The notes: generated from the letters alone by a model not told the origin. A DNA stretch of 64,000 nucleotides from Nostoc sp. (GCA_036918135.1 JBALDB010000053.1:32001-96000), one strand, 5' to 3'; positions 1-10,235 are shown, numbered from the stretch's first letter. Translations and numbers: made by a program.

Positions 1-5
1 AGCAG

Positions 6-512
6 GTGTTTTTGCAAGAAGGCGATCGCGTGCAGTTTGCAGAGCGCATAGCTGAAGTTATCTTCGTTCCCGGACATACCCGCGCTCACATCGTCTACTA
101 CTTTCCCCCCGAAAAACCTGGTGAGACGGGTGAATTATTTTGTGGCGATACCTTATTTTCTGGAGGTTGCGGTCGCTTGTTTGAAGGAACGCCAACACAA
201 ATGGTAGACTCATTAAGCAAAATTCGCTTGTTACCCGATGATACGCGCGTCTGGTGCGCCCACGAATACACTTTAAAAAATCTGAAATTTGCCTTAAGTC
301 TAGATGGCGACAACACCGACTTACAAAAGTACTTCGGTGAAGTCCAAGCTTATCGGCATCGAGGAGAAGCTACCATACCCTCACGGCTGGGAGTTGAGAA
401 GCGCACCAATCCCTTTTTACGTTGGGATCACCCATCATTACAATCAGCTGTAAAGAGGAGCGATCCTGTGCAAACCTTTGCGCGGATTCGGGAAATGAGA
501 AATAACTTTTAA
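6..512 (+). CDS. gloB: Hydroxyacylglutathione hydrolase (glyoxalase II), 5'-truncated by the window edge
   Basis: Motifs [29 protein letters not shown] and EKRTNPFLR. Confidence 0.93.
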   Translation: MFLQEGDRVQFAERIAEVIFVPGHTRAHIVYYFPPEKPGETGELFCGDTLFSGGCGRLFEGTPTQMVDSLSKIRLLPDDTRVWCAHEYTLKNLKFALSLDGDNTDLQKYFGEVQAYRHRGEATIPSRLGVEKRTNPFLRWDHPSLQSAVKRSDPVQTFARIREMRNNF

Positions 513-514
513 TT

Positions 515-580
515 ATTGGGTATTGGGAGTGTGGGGTAGTGGGGTAGTGGGGTGTAATTCTCTCCCCATCTCCCCAGTCC
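515..580. repeat. STRR-type heptamer/octamer tract with G-rich and C-rich arms
   Basis: tattgggtattggg...gtggggtagtggggtagtgggg...ctccccatctcccca. Confidence 0.7.
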
Positions 581-741
581 CTTCAACTTTATTGCGCGAA
601 TAGTTGCGATCGCCCCCTGCCTTTCGCTAGGATCTGTAAGCTTTAGGTATAGGCAAAGCCACTGGGAATATAGCAGTGACGTTGTGAGCTATTCTGGCGA
701 AACCCAAATTAATCAATATCTTACAGGAAAAGCGAAAAACG

Positions 742-1200
742 ATGGCGAAACGCGTGCAGTTAGTTTTAAATCAGGATATCAGTAAGCTGGGAAAATCTGG
801 CGATTTAGTGGAAGTAGCTCCTGGCTATGCTCGTAATTATCTGATTCCCCAGAAATTGGCAATCCATGCCACTCCTGGTATTCTCAAGCAAGTAGAACGC
901 CGTCGCGAGCAAGAACGTCAACGGCAATTAGAACTTAAGCAACAAGCTGTTGAGCAAAAAGCAACTTTAGAAAAAGTTGTCAGCTTGACAATTCCCAAGC
1001 AAGTTGGTGAAAACGAAGCTATTTTCGGTACAGTTACGACTCAAGATGTTGCAGATGCAATTAAGGCAGCCACCGGTCAAGAAGTAGATCGCCGTGGCAT
1101 TACCATTCCCGATATTAACCATCTTGGTACTTATCAAGCTGAAATCAAGTTGTTTTCGGAAGTAACAGCGCAAATTGATATTCAAGTAGTGGCTAGTTAA
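742..1200 (+). CDS. rplI: 50S ribosomal protein L9
   Basis: [21 protein letters not shown] and IFGTVT motifs. Confidence 0.98.
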   Translation: MAKRVQLVLNQDISKLGKSGDLVEVAPGYARNYLIPQKLAIHATPGILKQVERRREQERQRQLELKQQAVEQKATLEKVVSLTIPKQVGENEAIFGTVTTQDVADAIKAATGQEVDRRGITIPDINHLGTYQAEIKLFSEVTAQIDIQVVAS

Positions 1201-1273
1201 TTTAGGCTGCGAGATGGCGAGATGGGGAGATAGGGAGATGGGGAGAATAGCTCCTAATTCCTAACTCCCGTAT

Positions 1274-1294
1274 AGACAAGGGTTAATCGCGTCT
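1274..1294. repeat. Small dispersed repeat, 21 bp
   Basis: agacaagggttaatcgcgtct; exact reverse-complement copy at 50373-50393 and a variant near 11280-11303. Confidence 0.75.
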
Positions 1295-1325
1295 CTAGCA
1301 AAATCTCAAAACTTAAAATCGTTTT

Positions 1326-2747
1326 ATGGCTGAAGAACTGAGTTTTCACTCATCTGGTAGCGATCGCTTACCACCCCAAAATATCGAGGCAGAAGAAGCG
1401 ATTTTGGGGGGTATTTTGCTAGATCCAGAAGCGATTAGTCGAGTTAGCGATCGCCTTGTTCCGGAAGCCTTTTATATTAGCGCTCACAAAGATATTTATC
1501 AAGCAGCAGTTAGACTCCACGCACAAGGCAAACCCACAGACTTACTCTCGGTTACAAGTTGGCTGACTGACCATGAAATACTTGCTCGCATTGGTGGCAG
1601 AAATAAACTAGCAACTTTGGTAGACCGCACAGTGTCAGCTGTGAACATTGACGCCTTAGCTCTTTTAGTAATGGAAAAATACCTGCGGCGACAATTAATT
1701 AAAGCTGGCAATGAAATTGTACATCTCGGTTACGAAACAGAAAGCGAATTACCAATTGTTTTAGACCAAGCAGAACAGAAAGTTTTTGGCGTTACTCAAG
1801 AGCGTCCTCAATCAGGTTTAGTTCACATTTCTGATACGCTAATTAATAATTTCCAGGATATTGAAGATAGAAATCAAGGCATCGCTTTACCTGGAATTCC
1901 CTGCGGATTTTACGATTTAGATGCCATGACCAGCGGCTTTCAGCGATCGGATTTGATTATTGTTGCTGGCAGGCCATCAATGGGGAAAACGGCCTTTTGC
2001 TTGAACCTTGCTCATAATATCGCTGCTGCTTATAAATTACCAGTTGCTGTTTTTAGTTTGGAAATGTCTAAAGAACAGCTGACACAACGTTTATTAGCTA
2101 GTGAGGCGCAAATTGAAAGTGGTTATCTGCGGAGTGGGCGCCTTAGCCAAACACAATGGGAACCTCTAAGCCGTGCTATTGGTATTCTTTCAGAAATGCC
2201 AATTTTTATTGACGATACGCCCAATATTACTGTTACACAAATGCGTAGTCAAGCAAGGCGACTGCAAGCAGAACAAGGAACAGAATTAGGATTAGTTGTT
2301 ATAGATTACTTGCAATTAATGGAAGGAGCAGGTGATAATCGTGTCCAAGAGTTGTCAAAAATTACGCGTCAACTTAAAGGTTTAGCACGGGAATTATCTG
2401 TACCAGTTATTGCTTTATCTCAGTTGAGTCGAGGAGTGGAAGCACGTACTAATAAACGCCCAATGTTATCAGATTTACGCGAAAGTGGAAGTATCGAACA
2501 GGACGCGGATTTAGTAATAATGTTGTATCGGGATGACTATTATAATTCTGATAGTCCTGATCGGGGAATTGCAGAAGCAATTGTAGCTAAACACCGTAAT
2601 GGCCCAACAGGTACAGTTAAGCTTTTATTTGATCCACAATTTACAAAGTTTAAGAATCTAGCTCGACAAAATAACTATTCATCTGGTTCTAGTAATAATT
2701 ATTTGCCTGGTTCAAATAACAATTATTTACCTGGCTCAAAAACTTAA
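1326..2747 (+). CDS. dnaB: Replicative DNA helicase DnaB, intein-less
   Basis: PPQNIEAE, AGRPSMGKT (Walker A), IDYLQLM, LSQLSR, DLRESGSIEQDAD, AKHRNGPTG. Confidence 0.98.
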   Translation: MAEELSFHSSGSDRLPPQNIEAEEAILGGILLDPEAISRVSDRLVPEAFYISAHKDIYQAAVRLHAQGKPTDLLSVTSWLTDHEILARIGGRNKLATLVDRTVSAVNIDALALLVMEKYLRRQLIKAGNEIVHLGYETESELPIVLDQAEQKVFGVTQERPQSGLVHISDTLINNFQDIEDRNQGIALPGIPCGFYDLDAMTSGFQRSDLIIVAGRPSMGKTAFCLNLAHNIAAAYKLPVAVFSLEMSKEQLTQRLLASEAQIESGYLRSGRLSQTQWEPLSRAIGILSEMPIFIDDTPNITVTQMRSQARRLQAEQGTELGLVVIDYLQLMEGAGDNRVQELSKITRQLKGLARELSVPVIALSQLSRGVEARTNKRPMLSDLRESGSIEQDADLVIMLYRDDYYNSDSPDRGIAEAIVAKHRNGPTGTVKLLFDPQFTKFKNLARQNNYSSGSSNNYLPGSNNNYLPGSKT

Positions 2748-2835
2748 TTTGACCAAGTAGTTACTAATAAAGTAGTTTAAATAAAGCATGGAGTATGGAG
2801 TATTGCTAATTATCTCCATCCCCCATGTCTAATTC

Positions 2836-3357
2836 CTACTTAACTCCTAGCAATTCCACGTCAAAAAGCAGGGTAGCGTTGGGTGGAATTACGCCACCAG
2901 CACCACGAGAGCCATAACCTAACTCTGACGGGATGATTAACTTACGACGACCGCCTACTTTCATCGTGCTAAGTCCTTCGTCCCAACCTTTGATTACTTG
3001 TCCGATGCCGATTTTAAATTTGAAAGGTTGACCGCGATCGCGTGAGCTATCAAACTTAGTACCATCTTCTAAAGTGCCGATGTAGTGAACCTCTACCGTT
3101 TGTCCACGTTCAGGAGTCGCTCCAGTGCCCTCTTTTAACTCGACATACTTCAATCCAGAGGGGGTGGTTACGGCATTGGCATCAGACATAGTATCACTCG
3201 CAATTAAGATATTGTTTTCAGTGAGAATTGTGGGCGCTGGCGGTGTTGAGGTTAACTGGTCAGCAATGGCAGTATTCTGTTTACTGCCTACTTGCCCCAC
3301 AACCAAAAGCACAACACACATCAGTATGAACGCCACACTCAGGAAAATTGCTTTCAA
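2836..3357 (-). CDS. FKBP-type peptidyl-prolyl isomerase with N-terminal signal/anchor
   Basis: [43 protein letters not shown]. Confidence 0.96.
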   Translation of the reverse strand: MKAIFLSVAFILMCVVLLVVGQVGSKQNTAIADQLTSTPPAPTILTENNILIASDTMSDANAVTTPSGLKYVELKEGTGATPERGQTVEVHYIGTLEDGTKFDSSRDRGQPFKFKIGIGQVIKGWDEGLSTMKVGGRRKLIIPSELGYGSRGAGGVIPPNATLLFDVELLGVK

Positions 3358-3435
3358 AATCAGTTCTCCCTACTTAGGTAGCCTGGTCAAAACATTACCA
3401 ACAAGACACATTTAGTTTAAATCAGAAAGGACAAC

Positions 3436-3759
3436 TTAACGCCAAAGCTTATTTTCTAAATCGCGCACTTGACGCTCTAAACGGTCAATTCTACCCCGAA
3501 GTTCGTCCACTTCCGACTGACGAGCCACTCCGAAATCCTGCATCATATTTCGCATTTGCCGTTGCATCTGCACGTCCCAATTTCCCTGCTCTGACTTTAA
3601 CTGCTGAGCAATATCATCTATAACCGCCTTGGCTTGTTCTGGATTGAGCTTACCGTCTTTAACTAAATCATCGCTGACTTGCCGCAGTTTTTCTGCTACT
3701 AAAGACGTTGTACCAAGACCCACCATCATTAGTTGTTGCAACCAATTGTTGCTGTCCAT
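3436..3759 (-). CDS. Phasin-family protein
   Basis: GLGTTSLVAEKL...LVKDGKL...EVDELRGRIDRLE pattern. Confidence 0.75.
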   Translation of the reverse strand: MDSNNWLQQLMMVGLGTTSLVAEKLRQVSDDLVKDGKLNPEQAKAVIDDIAQQLKSEQGNWDVQMQRQMRNMMQDFGVARQSEVDELRGRIDRLERQVRDLENKLWR

Positions 3760-3901
3760 ACTCCCTTCCTCTTACTTATTTCAAACCAGCCGACCCTTGC
3801 TCCTAAGTTAGGCGATCAGGCGATCGAGCTATGCTGAGAGCGTAGTTATTCTAGCCTACAGTTCTATTTTGGCAAATTTGCGAACACAGGCAGCAAAGGA
3901 C

Positions 3902-4207
3902 GTGTTTATAAAACTCCTCAAGTTTAAAGTTGTCTGTGATTGACAGGAAAATTTTATCCACAAAGATGCAGAAATTTGGACAACAGCAATGGCTAAGTAT
4001 CCTGGATTTCTTGGTAAAGAGGTTTGGCTCAACCCCAACGACCCTTGAGAAGTTATCTTTATCATTCCTTGGGAAACTTCTGAACACTTAGATGCCATAT
4101 CCCAACAGGAGTTGGAAGGTGTTGAAGCAAAGTTTATCCAAACATTGAAAAAATTCTATCCACTTGTCGAGTCTGCAAAGTATCAAGTTTTAAAAGTGTC
4201 AACATAA
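3902..4207 (+). pseudogene. TIGR03792-like (ABM-fold) cyanobacterial protein, pseudogene with two in-frame TGA stops
   Basis: Manual translation VFIKLLKFKVVCD*QENFIHKDAEIWTTAMAKYPGFLGKEVWLNPNDP*EVIFIIPWE...ESAKYQV; stops at 3941 and 4046; not in the ORF track. Confidence 0.75.
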
Positions 4208-4214
4208 CGCGGAA

Positions 4215-4350
4215 CAGGCGGTTAGAAACCGCGTCTACACAAACAAGACCCACCTGCCTGGGTTTCAAACTTTTAATTTTTTGTTAGTCCGCCTCCGCAG
4301 ACTTACCTATGGGACGCTACGCGAACGCCTGTGTAGCGGCGAATTCTATT
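4215..4350. repeat. Composite Nostoc dispersed repeat with hairpins and a nested small repeat
   Basis: gcggttagaaaccgc hairpin, acccacctgcctgggt, gggacgctacgcgaac (reverse complement near 16426), tgtgtagcggcgaattctatt. Confidence 0.6.
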
Positions 4351-4534
4351 GGTCAATATTTAAGTTGACATTACACAAGCAAAGTCTACAACAAGTATTT
4401 AGCTAGATGCTGGTTGTAATACATTCTTTAACAACCTGTAGCCATTCGCACTAATTATAGCTACGATAAAAAACGTGTAAATTTTTTTATTTTATAGCTA
4501 CAGCATTGCTGATTATATAAGTAAAACTACTGAT

Positions 4535-5368
4535 ATGAATAATAATGAGTTAAAGTTTCTCTTAAAGTTATTAGGATTTACCGATTATCGAGCAGGGCTT
4601 AATGCCTTTGATAGTTTTAAAACTGAGAAAAATAAAATTTGTAAAGCATTGGGCGATCGCGAGCTGGTAGACTATACCCGCGAGATTACCACAGTTAAAA
4701 TTTTATCGCCTGGTCAAGCCGTACTGAAAAATCCAGGCGAAGTGCCCATCGCAGATAAAGAACTCAAGGTACTAGAGCAAATCGCTAAAGCTTCAGGTAA
4801 AATCGCTCCCAGCAAAATCACCTCACCAAAAGCTGCGGAACGAGATGCGATATTGGAGGTATTGAGCGATCGGGGTTTGATTGAAGCTGAACGAGGAATT
4901 AAAAAAACTAAAGCTGAAGTTTGGCTAACTCAACGAGGAATTGAGTATTTACAGGATGATTACACCCCCAACAAAGGTGTTCAACCCGCCATCAGCTTGG
5001 AATTGCTGGGTAATTACCTACGGTTTTTACGAAAAGCCCTGCGCGTGAAGCCAGAGCCAGTCTCCACTGCGCTACCTACCATCAATACTGCTGATAAAGA
5101 AATCAGTGATGAAGAAATTTTACAAATTATTGAGAAATTAGACCGAGAATTGGGTACTGATAATTATTTGCCCATTTTTCATCTGCGGGAAAAATTACAA
5201 CCGCCGTTGTCACGAGATGAATTAGATAAGGCTTTATATCGTTTGCAAGCAAGCGATCGAATTGATTTGAGTTCTCTATTAGATCCGACACCCTACACTC
5301 CAGAACAAATTGATGCTGGAATTTTACAAAAGGTGGGTGGTTCGCTGTTCTTTATCACTGTGAACTAA
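4535..5368 (+). CDS. Putative winged-helix DNA-binding protein (RcaD-like)
   Basis: wHTH-like segments (ILEVLSDRGLIE...VWLTQRGIEYL; LSRDELDKALYRLQASDRIDL). Resemblance to proteins named RcaD is from recall, not verified. Confidence 0.55.
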   Translation: MNNNELKFLLKLLGFTDYRAGLNAFDSFKTEKNKICKALGDRELVDYTREITTVKILSPGQAVLKNPGEVPIADKELKVLEQIAKASGKIAPSKITSPKAAERDAILEVLSDRGLIEAERGIKKTKAEVWLTQRGIEYLQDDYTPNKGVQPAISLELLGNYLRFLRKALRVKPEPVSTALPTINTADKEISDEEILQIIEKLDRELGTDNYLPIFHLREKLQPPLSRDELDKALYRLQASDRIDLSSLLDPTPYTPEQIDAGILQKVGGSLFFITVN

Positions 5369-5423
5369 CAATACATACACTTTTTTCGTCAAAAGTAAGT
5401 TTGCTCAATCATTTTAATTAATT

Positions 5424-7451
5424 ATGGCATCTATCAACGATATTATTAAACGCGAGGTTAACCCGTTTGACCTAGTAAATTTGAGGACGGGTAATTTTTG
5501 GGGTCAAAATTATGAATTAGAGTCTATAGTTGAGTCAATTCATCAAGAGGCAATAACAGAAATTGAAGGATTTCTCAATTTAGTAACTACAGATAATGGT
5601 AGTCGTACTGTTTTACTTGTAGGTGATTCTGGTTCTGGCAAAAGCTATCTTTTAGGTAGGTTAAAACGCACCTTTAACTCAAAAGCTTTTTTTGCTTATA
5701 TCGGGCCTTGGGTCGATAACGATTATATGTGGCGTCATCTACTAAGGAATACAGTTGATAGTTTAATCCAAGTACCAGAAGGACAGGAGGACTCTCAGTT
5801 AATACTGTGGCTGAAAAATTTATCTGTTTTCACAAAAACCAATCTGAAAAAGCAGCTTTTTAATGATAGCTTTTGGCAATTATTATTAGGCGATCGCCAA
5901 AAGTTTATTAACCATCTTAAAAAGACCTATTTAAAAGCAGGTATCTACAATCCTGATGTTTTTTTTGGAGTGTTACACGATCTGACAGATCCAGAACTGT
6001 ACCCTTTAGCCTGTGAATGGTTAAGAGGAGATAATTTAAGCGAAGAATCAATGCAAGCTTTGAGACTTAAACACTGCATTGATGGAGAAGACGCAGCAAA
6101 GAATATTTTGGCTAATTTTGGTAAAATTTCTACTGCAACTCAACCGATTGTTTTATGCTTCGATCAAGTTGAAACCTTGCCAGATTGGCCTTCTAATCCT
6201 CAAGCTTTATTTAATATAAATACTACTATTCATAGTGAAAATCTGAAAAATTTTCTCATTATTATCAGTATAGTTACCAATGGCTGGAAGCAAAGTTATC
6301 GTTACATTCAACAATCAGACAAAGCCAGAATAGAGCGATTAATATCGCTAAAATCCATTGATTTCACTCAAGCAGAAGCACTTTGGGCTTACCGATTACA
6401 ACCTCTACATCAAGAAGCTAATCCTAAACCCGATTCACCTATTTTTCCTTTGAAGAGACAATTATTAGAGGAAAATTTTCCTGGTGGTAAAACTATGCCA
6501 AGGAATGCGTTTGTTCTTGGCAGATTAGAGTATCAGGAATATAAACTTTCATTGATTGATGGCGGTAATACAGGCGATACAAAGCCTCAAATTACTGAAC
6601 TAGAAAGAGAACAAGCTGAATTACAATTGCTATGGCAGCAAGAGTATAAAAAAATTCAGGCTAAGATAGATAAAATATCTCTTTTAGCAGCACCCGATCT
6701 CATCAAGATGGTGCAAGAAGCTTTAGAAGCATTACAAGTACAAGCAATTAAACCTAAACTCATCACTGGAGCCTATGCAAGCTATTCTCTAAGTTATCAA
6801 CTGCCATCTAAACAAGAAAGTATAGGAATAGTCTGGACAGAAGATGGTAATATGAGAAGTTTTTTTAATGTGATGAATGCTTGTCAAAAAACTATTCAAC
6901 AAAATCTTTGTCAAAGGCTATATCTAATTAGAATTGGAAGTGTAGGAAATGCAAAACTCGCTGGATATAAAATCTATAGTCAGATTTTCACTGGTACTAA
7001 GCATATTCACATCAAACCAAATCTTGCTTCAGTTCACTACTTAGCGACATACCATAGCTTAGTTAATTCTGCACTGGCTCAGGAATTATTTGTCGCTGGT
7101 AAAGTAATAGCTTTACCAGCATTACAATCTTTAATTCGTGAGTCTAAAATTTTGGAACAATGTACTTTATTGCAAGATTTAGGAATTGTTACTAAGCAAA
7201 AACCCAACCCAGGTAAGAGAAATGGAACTAAAGATTTACGGCCAGTCAAAGATTTCTTGTTGAATCTAGTAAAAACCCAAGGCTATATGGGAGTACCTAC
7301 TTTAATTTCTCAGGGAGTTAGTCAATTCTCTGATGTAGAAAAAACTGAAACTCAACATCTAATTGACTTATTATGCCAGGAAAAGAAAGTAAAAATTATT
7401 AACCCTAAATCTAAGTTAGAAGACCAGTTAATCTGTTTAGTTACTAAATAG
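5424..7451 (+). CDS. P-loop (AAA+-like) ATPase, RcaG-like
   Basis: Walker A VLLVGDSGSGKS, Walker B IVLCFDQVE, possible C-terminal wHTH. Confidence 0.75.
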   Translation: MASINDIIKREVNPFDLVNLRTGNFWGQNYELESIVESIHQEAITEIEGFLNLVTTDNGSRTVLLVGDSGSGKSYLLGRLKRTFNSKAFFAYIGPWVDNDYMWRHLLRNTVDSLIQVPEGQEDSQLILWLKNLSVFTKTNLKKQLFNDSFWQLLLGDRQKFINHLKKTYLKAGIYNPDVFFGVLHDLTDPELYPLACEWLRGDNLSEESMQALRLKHCIDGEDAAKNILANFGKISTATQPIVLCFDQVETLPDWPSNPQALFNINTTIHSENLKNFLIIISIVTNGWKQSYRYIQQSDKARIERLISLKSIDFTQAEALWAYRLQPLHQEANPKPDSPIFPLKRQLLEENFPGGKTMPRNAFVLGRLEYQEYKLSLIDGGNTGDTKPQITELEREQAELQLLWQQEYKKIQAKIDKISLLAAPDLIKMVQEALEALQVQAIKPKLITGAYASYSLSYQLPSKQESIGIVWTEDGNMRSFFNVMNACQKTIQQNLCQRLYLIRIGSVGNAKLAGYKIYSQIFTGTKHIHIKPNLASVHYLATYHSLVNSALAQELFVAGKVIALPALQSLIRESKILEQCTLLQDLGIVTKQKPNPGKRNGTKDLRPVKDFLLNLVKTQGYMGVPTLISQGVSQFSDVEKTETQHLIDLLCQEKKVKIINPKSKLEDQLICLVTK

Positions 7452-7476
7452 ATAAACCTCGATAACATTTTAGCCA

Positions 7477-10053
7477 ATGCACTACCTGACGAAAGCTTCT
7501 GAAATCCAGACACAAATTGCAAAATTCGCCTTGGCTAAAATGCTATGGCTAGATACAGAAGTAGCTAATTGGAATACTTCATATCCCAAATTATCATTAA
7601 TTCAGATATTAGCAGAACCTACAGACTCTACAGGAAAGTTTGCTTATATTCTAGATGTGTTGGATAAACCTGATTTGATTGCACTCTTTATTCACCAAAT
7701 CATGGTTAATTCTCAAATCGAGAAGGTATTTCACAATGCAAGTTTTGATTTAAAGTATTTGGGTGACAAATCTGCACAAAATATTACCTGTACTCTGAAG
7801 CTAGCAAGAAAAATTACCCTCAAAACGTTACAAACATCGAATTTAAAACTAAAAACTTTAGCAGCGGAACTTTGTCAATTTTCTCATGTAGATACAGAAG
7901 AAGGAACAAGCGACTGGGGAAAGCGTCCTCTGAGTGACAAGCAGCTACACTATGCAGCAATGGATACAGTATATTTGGCTGCGGTTCATTATCGGTTATT
8001 ACAAATTTTTAACCCTAATTTTGTAACTAATATTCAAAATATTATGCCTCATGATTCAAAAAATACATCTTTAACAGCTACTAAAGTCAGAGTCGCTTTT
8101 GAGTGCCCTCGGTTATTTTATCTACATCAAAAATTTGGTGGAAATACTTTATTCATACCACCAGATAATCAAATTGGTATTGGGAATAGTTTTCATCATT
8201 TAGCTGATAGTTTTATCAAGTTAGCTGTTAGTGAGTCAAGATTTACAGAAATATTCAAAACTAGTACATCTCAATTAAATATCGACGAAATTGCCTCTCG
8301 AATGCAACAGCTTTTTTATGAAATTAAATTTTCTATTTATTTAGAAAAAGCTGTTGAACAAGATGCAAGTGCAGCGCAACCACTGTACAAAGTTTGGCAA
8401 GGATTACAAGGATTAATCAGACGCTTTGCAGAATTACTTATTGTCAATCGACGTTATTGTAGTGCGGAAGCAGTTATTCGCAACACTTTTGTTTCTCAAG
8501 AACCTAAGCTTGAGCATTATTTTCAGCTACCTGATGGTACACAACAAAGGGTAGGAGGTGAATTTGATTGTTTGGTCTATAATTTTGAGGTTAAGCGTTT
8601 ATGTGTACTTGAATTTAAAACTTATCGCCCTGTAGATCCATCAGCACAATTGGCTCAAGTTGCTCTTTATAGTTATATGCTTTGGCATCAGAAAAAGGTA
8701 GCAGTGGATTCGGCGGTTTATTGTGTTTTACCAGAGTTTAAAGAGTATCAATATTCTTGGGAACAGCTAGAAAATACTGTGCATCAGTTAATTCCCTATA
8801 AATTACACCAGATGCAACAATGGCTGACTTGGGAACCACCTCATCTTAATTCGCCACTGCCGACAACTCAGCCTTATCTGTGTGAAATTTGTCCGCAACA
8901 GCAAAAGTGTCAGACTTTTTTTCCTTCGACTGTTGTGATTTCAGCATCTAATTTACCATCGCAAGATGAGAATAATGGCGGGCAAGATGCCCACCCCACA
9001 AGAATAAATTCTGTTGATGCTGATGCTATTGGTGAAGAGTTGGTTACGACTTTGCAATCATTTAGTATTAGTGTAGACTATCATGGTGCTGCTGTTGGCC
9101 CAGCTTTTATTCGGGTGAAACTTAAGCCTCATTTAGGTGTGAAAATTAATGCGCTTTTGAAATTGTCAGCAGATTTACAAGTGCAGATGGGGTTAGCAAA
9201 CCCACCGTTAATTGCGCCGCAAGCTGGTTATGTTAGTGTTGATTTGCCGCGTCCAGATCGGCAAATTGCGAGTTTTGAAAAGTATATTCAGCCGCAATTT
9301 TTACCTCCAACAATGCCTATGAAAATTGCAATTGGAGTGAATATCGAAGGAGAATTAGTAGAAGCTGATTTATCCGATCCGAATACCTGTCATTTTTTAG
9401 TTGGTGGTACAACTGGTAGCGGTAAGAGTGAATTTTTACGATCGCTCCTCCTGAGCTTACTATATCGCCATTCTCCGCAACATCTGAAAATTGCCTTAGT
9501 TGACCCCAAGCGAGTCACATTTCCAGAGTTGGAAAAAATGCCCTGGTTATATTCACCAGTTGTTAAAGATAGCGATTGCGCGATCGAACTTATGGAAGAA
9601 TTGGTCGCACAGATGGAATCGCGTTACCACCAGTTTGAAAAAGCCGGGTGTGCCGATTTAAGTACTTACAATCAACGCTCCACTCAGCTTTTACCTCGCA
9701 TTGTCTGCATTTTTGATGAATATGCTGACTTTATGGCAGAAAAAGAAATCCGCACATCACTAGAACAAAGTATTAAACGACTCGGAGCAATGGCACGAGC
9801 CGCTGGAATTCATCTAATTATCGCCACTCAACGTCCAGAGGCTAAAGTTGTTACACCGATAATCCGCTCAAATCTACCAGGACGAATTGCTCTACGTACC
9901 GCCAGTGAAGCAGACTCAGCTATTGTCTTGGGGGGAAAACATACAGCAGCAGCTTATCTACTAGGCAAAGGCGATTTACTATACCAAATAGGCGCTCAAA
10001 TGCACCGCTTACAAAGCTTATTTGTCAAAAATATTCAACTGCCATCAACATAG
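7477..10053 (+). CDS. Fusion of DEDDy 3'-5' exonuclease, PD-(D/E)xK (Cas4/AddB-like) nuclease and FtsK/SpoIIIE ATPase
   Basis: Exo motifs LDTE / FHNASFD / YAAMD; nuclease ECPR, GEFD, LEFKT, QVALY, CEICPQQQKC; FtsK HFLVGGTTGSGKS, LVDPK, IFDEYAD, ATQRP. Confidence 0.88.
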   Translation: MHYLTKASEIQTQIAKFALAKMLWLDTEVANWNTSYPKLSLIQILAEPTDSTGKFAYILDVLDKPDLIALFIHQIMVNSQIEKVFHNASFDLKYLGDKSAQNITCTLKLARKITLKTLQTSNLKLKTLAAELCQFSHVDTEEGTSDWGKRPLSDKQLHYAAMDTVYLAAVHYRLLQIFNPNFVTNIQNIMPHDSKNTSLTATKVRVAFECPRLFYLHQKFGGNTLFIPPDNQIGIGNSFHHLADSFIKLAVSESRFTEIFKTSTSQLNIDEIASRMQQLFYEIKFSIYLEKAVEQDASAAQPLYKVWQGLQGLIRRFAELLIVNRRYCSAEAVIRNTFVSQEPKLEHYFQLPDGTQQRVGGEFDCLVYNFEVKRLCVLEFKTYRPVDPSAQLAQVALYSYMLWHQKKVAVDSAVYCVLPEFKEYQYSWEQLENTVHQLIPYKLHQMQQWLTWEPPHLNSPLPTTQPYLCEICPQQQKCQTFFPSTVVISASNLPSQDENNGGQDAHPTRINSVDADAIGEELVTTLQSFSISVDYHGAAVGPAFIRVKLKPHLGVKINALLKLSADLQVQMGLANPPLIAPQAGYVSVDLPRPDRQIASFEKYIQPQFLPPTMPMKIAIGVNIEGELVEADLSDPNTCHFLVGGTTGSGKSEFLRSLLLSLLYRHSPQHLKIALVDPKRVTFPELEKMPWLYSPVVKDSDCAIELMEELVAQMESRYHQFEKAGCADLSTYNQRSTQLLPRIVCIFDEYADFMAEKEIRTSLEQSIKRLGAMARAAGIHLIIATQRPEAKVVTPIIRSNLPGRIALRTASEADSAIVLGGKHTAAAYLLGKGDLLYQIGAQMHRLQSLFVKNIQLPST

Positions 10054-10235
10054 AGGATATTGCAAAAGTCATATTGAATACTCGAATCCTCATTTTAGGG
10101 AGAATACACAAGAAGTTGCAGCAACTCTTCCCCTCACTCCTTATATTAGAACTTTGTAAAAAACTAGTACCAAATCAGGCTAAAATTCAGTACAAGCTAT
10201 GCACTGAGTTATTGCAATATTTTCTGTCAAGATTG

